Shown: positions 1 to 4,654 of the stretch, piece by piece
Layout of the letters: each line of letters begins with the position of its first letter
Position numbering within the stretch: position 1 is the first letter of the stretch
Source of the DNA: Escherichia coli
GTDB taxonomy: Bacteria; Pseudomonadota; Gammaproteobacteria; Enterobacterales; Enterobacteriaceae
NCBI RefSeq assembly: GCF_003334815.1
Contig: NZ_QOWO01000075.1
DNA: 4,783 nucleotides
Direction: 5' to 3' (one strand)
Position numbers and translations under genes: made by a program
The notes under the pieces: model-generated
Database searches by the model: none
The model's input: only the letters and a program-made list of their open reading frames with translations
Told to the model about the DNA's origin: nothing

Positions 1-200
1 GGTCCCTCCTTCCCGTCTGCCGTGATTTTCCGGTCGTTCACCCGCTCAGATTTCGCGGTCTCACCCTCCAACTCCCGTCAGCCGTGTGCGTCAGGCTGCG
101 GCTTCCCTTGCGCCCTTGCATCCCCGCCTTATCGCCCGGCTTTTCTGGAGGCACGGCACCGCCCGGTGTCGCGGAATATGTGAACAACGGAGGAAATCCC

Positions 201-626
201 ATGCAGTATGCGAAACCTGTCACTCTGAACGTTGAAGAGTGCGACCGCCTTTCCTTTCTGCCTTACCTGTTTGGCAACGATTTTCTGTATGCCGAGGCGT
301 ATGTGTACGCGCTGGCGCAAAAAATGATGCCGGAATATCAGGGAGGCTTCTGGCATTTCATCCGCCTGCCGGATGGTGGCGGTTACATGATGCCGGATGG
401 CGACCGTTTTCATCTGGTCAACGGTGAAAACTGGTTTGACCGCACTGTGAGTGCTGATGCCGCAGGTATCATCCTGACTTCCCTTGTGATTAACCGCCAG
501 TTGTGGCTGTACCACGACAGCGGGGATGCGGGACTGACACACCTTTACCGGATGCGTGATGCGCAGTTGTGGAGCCACATTGAATTTCATCCCGAATGTA
601 ACGCGATTTACGCAGCACTGGACTGA
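201..626 (+). CDS. klcA: Anti-restriction protein, ArdB/KlcA family (141 aa)
   Basis: ATG at 201 preceded by GGAGG (189-193, 7-nt spacer). Translation carries family-typical blocks: [36 protein letters not shown] and C-terminal AIYAALD. The 141-aa length fits this family; the upstream in-frame start at 84 has no RBS and would give a poorly coding GC-rich extension. Confidence 0.85.
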   Translation: MQYAKPVTLNVEECDRLSFLPYLFGNDFLYAEAYVYALAQKMMPEYQGGFWHFIRLPDGGGYMMPDGDRFHLVNGENWFDRTVSADAAGIILTSLVINRQLWLYHDSGDAGLTHLYRMRDAQLWSHIEFHPECNAIYAALD

Positions 627-635
627 TTAACGGAC

Positions 636-654
636 GGGGCGGCGATGCCGCCCC
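636..654 (+). other. Intercistronic GC-rich hairpin (8-bp stem GGGGCGGC/GCCGCCCC, 3-nt loop), no U-tract
   Basis: Perfect inverted repeat 636-643 / 647-654 lying between the klcA stop (624-626) and the next gene's RBS (GGAG 661-664). Downstream sequence is not T-rich, so not a classic intrinsic terminator. Confidence 0.6.
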
Positions 655-672
655 TGTAAAGGAGACGAGAAC

Positions 673-1092
673 ATGTACTGTACTGTTAAAGAAATTATCC
701 GCGAAGTGCTGAATACAGACGTGCCGGACAGTGAATGTGTTTTTGCCGTGGTGCTGACCCGCGGGGATGTGCGCCACATAGCCCGGGACTGGAACCTGTC
801 AGACGATGAGCTGGAAACCGTCATGCAGCGGCTGGACGATGCTTTTGTATATGGCGCATGTGACAGAGTTGTTTCCGATATTGTCAATGAACTGATGGAG
901 GAAAAGCGCGTAAACCGTCTTGTAACAGTCCCTGCGGTGCTGCTGGAAAAAGTGATGGTGATGGCTGGTAGTGAAATTTATCGCCTCCATGCTGTAGGGA
1001 GCGAGAACGGGGGCGACGGTGACGCATTTGTCAGGGAAGAACGTGAGATTATGCGGGTAATGCGTCAGGCACTGGACGGGGAGAACGGGTAA
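673..1092 (+). CDS. Hypothetical leading-region protein, 139 aa (possibly DUF1380-like; assignment from memory, unverified)
   Basis: ORF with GGAG at 661-664 and 8-nt spacer to ATG 673. Acidic protein with coding-like composition; same strand and tight spacing with neighbours. Stop TAA 1090-1092 overlaps the next start. Confidence 0.75.
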   Translation: MYCTVKEIIREVLNTDVPDSECVFAVVLTRGDVRHIARDWNLSDDELETVMQRLDDAFVYGACDRVVSDIVNELMEEKRVNRLVTVPAVLLEKVMVMAGSEIYRLHAVGSENGGDGDAFVREEREIMRVMRQALDGENG

Positions 1093-1283
1093 TGAATATC
1101 AGCACGGAAACCCGCGAAATTCTGCGTAATTACAGGGCCGTGATTAATGCGCGGCGTCGTGAAATGGGGCAGAAACCGCTCACCACCGCGCAGATTGTTG
1201 ATGAAATCTGTGATTTTGTGGCGAATCAGCAGGCGGTTTTCCTCGGTGGTCACTACATCCTTCAGGGCAGCAGGCACAGGTGA
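1092..1283 (+). CDS. Small hypothetical protein, 63 aa, translationally coupled to the upstream ORF
   Basis: TAATG stop/start overlap at 1090-1094; GGGGAG at 1078-1083 with 8-nt spacer. No recognisable motif; called on context and coupling only. Confidence 0.5.
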   Translation: MNISTETREILRNYRAVINARRREMGQKPLTTAQIVDEICDFVANQQAVFLGGHYILQGSRHR

Positions 1284-1290
1284 TACAGGG

Positions 1291-1310
1291 CAGGCGGTGG
1301 AGGCCGCCTG
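1291..1310 (+). other. GC-rich hairpin just downstream of the 63-aa ORF stop (7-bp stem CAGGCGG/CCGCCTG, 6-nt loop)
   Basis: Inverted repeat 1291-1297 / 1304-1310 seen directly; begins 8 nt after the stop at 1281-1283. Confidence 0.45.
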
Positions 1311-1448
1311 TCAGCCCGCGCGAAAACCCCTGGCAGGCTGGCGCCTGCCGGAAGGGATGCGGGCCACGCTGGCGCGTCGCCCGTTACCCTTCCCGTTTGT
1401 GATGTGTCCGGAATGTTTTTTCCTGATGTTATGTTTCTGTGGTTACTG

Positions 1449-1477
1449 TTCTTCTTCTTCTTCTTCCTCTTCTTTCC
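1449..1477. repeat. Polypyrimidine simple-repeat tract containing (TTC)6 at 1449-1466
   Basis: Direct reading: ttcttcttcttcttcttc followed by ctcttctttcc; pyrimidine-only on the + strand for 29 nt. Confidence 0.9.
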
Positions 1478-1837
1478 GTTCCTCTCCTGTTTATGCCTTT
1501 TCCGGGCGTCCCCCTGGCGGGGCGGGCTGTCGTGAACGGAGCCAGCGGAGCTGTCTCCGCCCTGGCGGGCTTCCATCCCTGACGCAAAACCCCGGGTTTG
1601 CAGCGACCGGAACGGTCGCGCCACCCTTGTCGCGCCGTGGCCTGCGCTCCTGGCATCCCGGCAAAAAGACGCCGGGATGTAAGGCGCAACGCCGTTTCGC
1701 GCACGCGCTCTCCGTCGTTGCGGCGGGTCCCTGCTCATTGCCTGCCGGGTGCCACACACCCGTATGAGTCCCTGTCGCCGGGGGCTGATACAGCCACAAC
1801 CTGCCGCACTGACTGTCCAGGGTAAATGAACAGCCCA

Positions 1838-1873
1838 CAAAATTTTTTACCCAGAACCCGGTAAAAAATTTTG
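1838..1873. other. Perfect 14-bp AT-rich inverted repeat (CAAAATTTTTTACC / GGTAAAAAATTTTG) with 8-nt spacer
   Basis: Arms 1838-1851 and 1860-1873 are exact reverse complements. Flanked by a further imperfect pairing, 1813-1821 with 1882-1890 (8 of 9), suggesting a longer imperfect hairpin centred near 1855. Confidence 0.8.
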
Positions 1874-2252
1874 CGTTCTGCCCAGGACAGGTGCGTCAGG
1901 CCGTGGCAGTGATGCCCCTTGCGGCGAAGGTTCTCAAACGGGTGAAGTTCATACCACAGGGAATACAGCAGCAGGTTCCCGCGAAACGTCAAAACCGCGG
2001 CTCCCGAAACTCAACGGGTGATGTTCTTTAAAAATCAGGATTTATTTCAGGCTCCGGCAATACGCATTTATGTGTTCTGTCAGCATCCTGCTGACAGGTA
2101 ATGAGAACGCAGGAACAGAAGGAGGAATACACCGGAAAACGTCAGATGCAGATATGAAAAAAGCAGGTCAGGGACCTGCTTAATCCACGCCGAAGAGACT
2201 GTGCAACCAGTCTTTAAGGCACTGTTACCAACCTGTCATAAGGTATCCATTT

Positions 2253-2483
2253 ATGACTGTAAGCATTGTTTCACCTTCCGCAGCGGCTGTAAAGCCCCGT
2301 CGTCATACCCGTTTCAGACGCGAAGACATCCCCGCGCCGGAAATTGACCCCGTGCTGAAAGCCTTCGGGCGACACATTGCCCGGAGTTTTCGCCGGGGGC
2401 GTGGTGTACACATCCCCGCCATGAAAAACACGGCTTTCGGGCAGGTGCTCCGCACACTCGAACTGAAACGCGCTTTTAACTGA
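2253..2483 (+). CDS. Small arginine-rich hypothetical protein, 76 aa (possibly DUF905/UPF0401-like; unverified)
   Basis: ATG 2253 with weak SD (AAGG 2240-2243, 9-nt spacer); first ORF downstream of the structured element; co-oriented. Many R/K residues (KPRRHTRFRRED, RSFRRGRG). No motif recognised with certainty. Confidence 0.55.
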   Translation: MTVSIVSPSAAAVKPRRHTRFRREDIPAPEIDPVLKAFGRHIARSFRRGRGVHIPAMKNTAFGQVLRTLELKRAFN

Positions 2484-2491
2484 TGAGGTGA

Positions 2492-2511
2492 GCCGCCCCG
2501 CGAGGGGCGGC
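2492..2511 (+). other. Intercistronic GC-rich hairpin (8-bp stem GCCGCCCC/GGGGCGGC, GCGA tetraloop)
   Basis: Perfect inverted repeat 2492-2499 / 2504-2511 between the stop at 2481-2483 and the RBS AGGAG 2523-2527 of the next gene. Uses the same octamer pair as the 636-654 hairpin, in swapped arm order. Confidence 0.6.
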
Positions 2512-2534
2512 AACAGACAGAAGGAGAACATTTT

Positions 2535-3896
2535 ATGACATTATCAGCAATCACCATGACCGCCCCGGAAGCCGCCAGCCCGGTGCAGATGTACCGCGCG
2601 ACCTACTCACCGGATGATAACAAACTGCGCCTGTATGCCGCGTCACGTCTTGACCCGGAGACGTATAAAAAAGTGCATGATGCCGGTTTTCGCTGGGCAC
2701 CAAAACAGGCGCTGTTTGTCGCGCCAGCCTGGACACCGGGCCGGGAAGACGTGCTCCTCTCACTTGCCGGAGAGATTGAGGATGAAGACAGCACGCTCGC
2801 TGAACGTCAGGAAGCACGGGCGGAGCGGTTTACCGGATACAGCGGAAAGCGGGCCAGTGAATCCGCACAGGCACTTGATGAAGTGGAAAGACTGGCCGCG
2901 ATGATCCCGCCCGGTCAGCCCATTCTTGTGGGGCATCACAGCGAACGCCGCGCCCGTCGTGATGCGCAGCGTATTGAAAACGGCATGAAACGTGCCGTGA
3001 TGCTCTTTGAACGTGCGGAATACTGGGAAGAACGGGCGCGGTCGGCACTGCTTCACGCGAAGTATAAAGAACGCCCGGACGTTCGCTGGCGTCGTATCAA
3101 AAAAATCGAAGCGGATTTGCGCAAGGCTGAAAAGACCATCGCACAGTCGCAGAAATATCTGACGATGTGGCGGGCTGAATCGCTGGATCTGAATATGGCA
3201 AAACTCATCAGCAGTCATGACCATATCAGCGCCTGTTTCCCGCTGGATACGTATCCGCGCCCGGCAGAAAAAAGCCAGTATGAAGGGAGCCGGTCGTTAT
3301 GGTCGGCCCTGGATGATGACATCATCACCACGGAGCAGGCCCGCGAAATTGCGATCCGCTGTCATGAACGGCAGATTCAGCATCAGCAACGCTGGGTTAA
3401 CCACTATCAGAACCGCCTGATCTATGAGCGTGCCATGCTGGACGAAAGCGGCGGCGTGGTTACCCGGACACAGGATTTTGAGCCGGGCGGACAGGTTTTC
3501 AGCCGGGGCGAGTGGCTGACCATCATCCGCGTGAACAAAAGCAACGGGGCGGTGAGTTCAGTCACAACGCCGAATTACAGTTTTCTCGGGTACAGCGGCA
3601 CGATGAAAGTGACGCCCGATCGCATCACGGACTACAAAGCACCATCGGCAGAAGAGGCTGCCGTCGCCAGTCAGGCCGCGAAGCGTCCGCCGGTAGTCAA
3701 CTATCCGGGGGAAGGTTTCCGGGAAATGACAAAGGCACAGTGGGCCGCCCTGCCCCGGGACTGTAAGGCCGTGCGCAGTGTGGCAGAGACAGAAGACCAC
3801 GGGGCATACCGCTACCGCCGCACAATGGATAATAATTTCCGCCTGGTGAGTGTGTATATTACCGACATGAAAATCACGGAAATCCCACAGAAATAA
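2535..3896 (+). CDS. Protein of unknown function, 453 aa (possibly DUF3560-type leading-region protein; unverified)
   Basis: Long ORF with RBS AGGAG at 2523-2527 and 7-nt spacer to ATG 2535. Central highly charged, probably helical segment (ERQEARAERF ... RRARRDAQRIENGMKRAVMLFERAEYWEERARSALLHAKYKERPDVRWRRIKKIEADLRKAEKTIAQSQKYL). No catalytic motif recognised by eye. Confidence 0.9.
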   Translation: MTLSAITMTAPEAASPVQMYRATYSPDDNKLRLYAASRLDPETYKKVHDAGFRWAPKQALFVAPAWTPGREDVLLSLAGEIEDEDSTLAERQEARAERFTGYSGKRASESAQALDEVERLAAMIPPGQPILVGHHSERRARRDAQRIENGMKRAVMLFERAEYWEERARSALLHAKYKERPDVRWRRIKKIEADLRKAEKTIAQSQKYLTMWRAESLDLNMAKLISSHDHISACFPLDTYPRPAEKSQYEGSRSLWSALDDDIITTEQAREIAIRCHERQIQHQQRWVNHYQNRLIYERAMLDESGGVVTRTQDFEPGGQVFSRGEWLTIIRVNKSNGAVSSVTTPNYSFLGYSGTMKVTPDRITDYKAPSAEEAAVASQAAKRPPVVNYPGEGFREMTKAQWAALPRDCKAVRSVAETEDHGAYRYRRTMDNNFRLVSVYITDMKITEIPQK

Positions 3897-3901
3897 GGTA
3901 T

Positions 3902-3927
3902 ATCCCCCCGGGAAATCCCCGGGGGAT
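3902..3927 (+). other. Intercistronic hairpin containing two CCCGGG palindromes
   Basis: ATCCCCCCGGGAAATCCCCGGGGGAT: outer 7-bp stem 3902-3908 / 3921-3927, a C-C mismatch, inner 3-bp stem 3910-3912 / 3917-3919, loop AAAT. Lies between the stop at 3894-3896 and the RBS GGAG 3931-3934. Confidence 0.5.
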
Positions 3928-3942
3928 GACGGAGATAATGAC

Positions 3943-4506
3943 ATGCACAGTCAGTTAAGAGAACGTATCCGGCTGCTGCGCGCAAGGCTGGATAACGCCG
4001 CACCGGTTGCTGAAATCCGGGCTGAATCTCAGCTTTTTGTGACACCTGCCCCGGTCTGTGATCGCCTGGTGACGCTGGCGGAAATCAGCAATCGTGATCA
4101 CATTCTGGAACCCTCTGCCGGCACCGGGGCCATACTGCGGGCGATTCGGGATACCGCGCCGGAGGCCATGTGTGATGCGGTGGAGAGCAACAGCGGGCTG
4201 GTCCGGTATCTGCGGGAAAATTTTAACGGTGTCAGGGTACAGTGTGGCGACTTCATGGAATGGCAGCCGGTGCAGTATTACAGCCGGATTATCATGAATC
4301 CGCCGTTCAGCCACGGGCAGGATATCCGGCATATCCTGCGGGCCTTTTCCCTGCTGCGTCCGGGTGGCGTTCTGGTCGCCGTCTGTCTGAACGGGCCACG
4401 CCAGCAGGAGAAGCTGTTACCGTTTTCTGACATCCGCGAGGAGCTGCCGCGCGGCACGTTTGCTTATACCCATGTTCCGACGATGATTATTCGTCTGCGC
4501 GCCTGA
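3943..4506 (+). CDS. Orphan SAM-dependent methyltransferase, 187 aa (amino-methyltransferase fold; N6-adenine/N4-cytosine DNA MTase-like, no recognisable target-recognition domain)
   Basis: RBS GGAG 3931-3934 with 8-nt spacer. Motif I (AdoMet binding) ILEPSAGTGAIL near residue 55; motif IV NPPF near residue 119 (IIMNPPFSHGQD). Motif order I then IV and the small size indicate a minimal MTase core. No adjacent restriction endonuclease gene in the window. Confidence 0.85.
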   Translation: MHSQLRERIRLLRARLDNAAPVAEIRAESQLFVTPAPVCDRLVTLAEISNRDHILEPSAGTGAILRAIRDTAPEAMCDAVESNSGLVRYLRENFNGVRVQCGDFMEWQPVQYYSRIIMNPPFSHGQDIRHILRAFSLLRPGGVLVAVCLNGPRQQEKLLPFSDIREELPRGTFAYTHVPTMIIRLRA

Positions 4507-4577
4507 TGACACAGGCAGGCGGGAGGATAAATGCCCGTCTGCCCGTGCCGGGAAAAAGACCGCGCGCCGGTGGCGCT

Positions 4578-4609
4578 GAAAGGGGCCGCGCTGACGCGCC
4601 GCCCCTTTC
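4578..4609 (+). other. GC-rich hairpin downstream of the MTase (13-bp stem with one mismatch, 6-nt loop), contains GCCGCCCC
   Basis: GAAAGGGGCCGCG (4578-4590), loop CTGACG, CGCCGCCCCTTTC (4597-4609). Followed only by a short TTTC, so at best a weak terminator. Confidence 0.5.
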
Positions 4610-4654
4610 ATTGCGCGGACGTTCTGCTGTGGACTTCTGTCTTTTCAGAACGGT

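Larger units (their letters stand above)
1415..2250 (+). promoter_or_regulatory. Structured non-coding element, candidate single-strand DNA promoter / ssi (Frpo-like), copy 1
   Basis: About 0.8 kb with no convincing ORF (only low-complexity ORFs in several frames), GC-rich and dense in inverted repeats. Begins with a trinucleotide-repeat tract followed by a core (1484-1516) that recurs at 4751-4783. Sits immediately upstream of a co-oriented gene block, as Frpo/ssi elements do in plasmid leading regions. Boundaries are approximate. Confidence 0.5.

Noticed and set aside
141-182. Sigma70 promoter for klcA
   Set aside because: Only weak -10-like hexamers (GAATAT/TATGTG around 174-182) and no acceptable -35 at 16-18 bp spacing. 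Cannot be supported from sequence alone.
84-200. N-terminal extension of the klcA ORF (start at 84, 180 aa) given in the ORF track
   Set aside because: No RBS before 84, and the extension is GC-rich with a non-coding-like composition. The ATG at 201 has a strong GGAGG RBS and gives the family-typical 141-aa length.
129-887. Minus-strand ORFs 129-590, 490-777 and 627-887, and the + strand ORF 239-427
   Set aside because: They overlap the well-supported + strand klcA and DUF1380-like CDS, have no RBS and no recognisable motifs; typical antisense or alternate-frame shadow ORFs.
1147-1992. ORFs inside the structured element (1147-1767 +, 1262-1840 -, 1429-1704 -, 1491-1838 -, 1598-1825 +, 1735-1992 -)
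   Set aside because: Several mutually overlapping frames are open at once, as expected for GC-rich non-coding DNA. Translations are low-complexity (SSSSSSSS, KKRKKKKKK from the trinucleotide repeat; R/P/G-rich). No RBS-start pairs.
2077-2097. Possible LexA (SOS) box, from the CTGT...ACAG palindrome
   Set aside because: CTG and CAG are separated by 15 nt, not the 10 nt of the LexA consensus CTG-N10-CAG, and there is no TA-rich centre.
2271-3224. Minus-strand and alternate-frame ORFs 2271-2531, 2303-2557, 2551-2817, 2603-2794, 2614-2904, 2760-3224, 2830-3048
   Set aside because: Embedded in or antisense to the 76-aa and 453-aa + strand CDS; no independent signals.
3217-4430. ORFs 3217-3420 +, 3512-3766 +, 3558-3944 -, 3812-4045 -, 3955-4332 -, 4094-4297 +, 4242-4430 +
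   Set aside because: Alternate-frame or antisense shadows of the 453-aa CDS and the MTase CDS.
636-4609. Intergenic hairpins as rho-independent terminators
   Set aside because: None is followed by a run of four or more T on the + strand. They sit within an apparently polycistronic arrangement, so are better explained as processing or stability structures.
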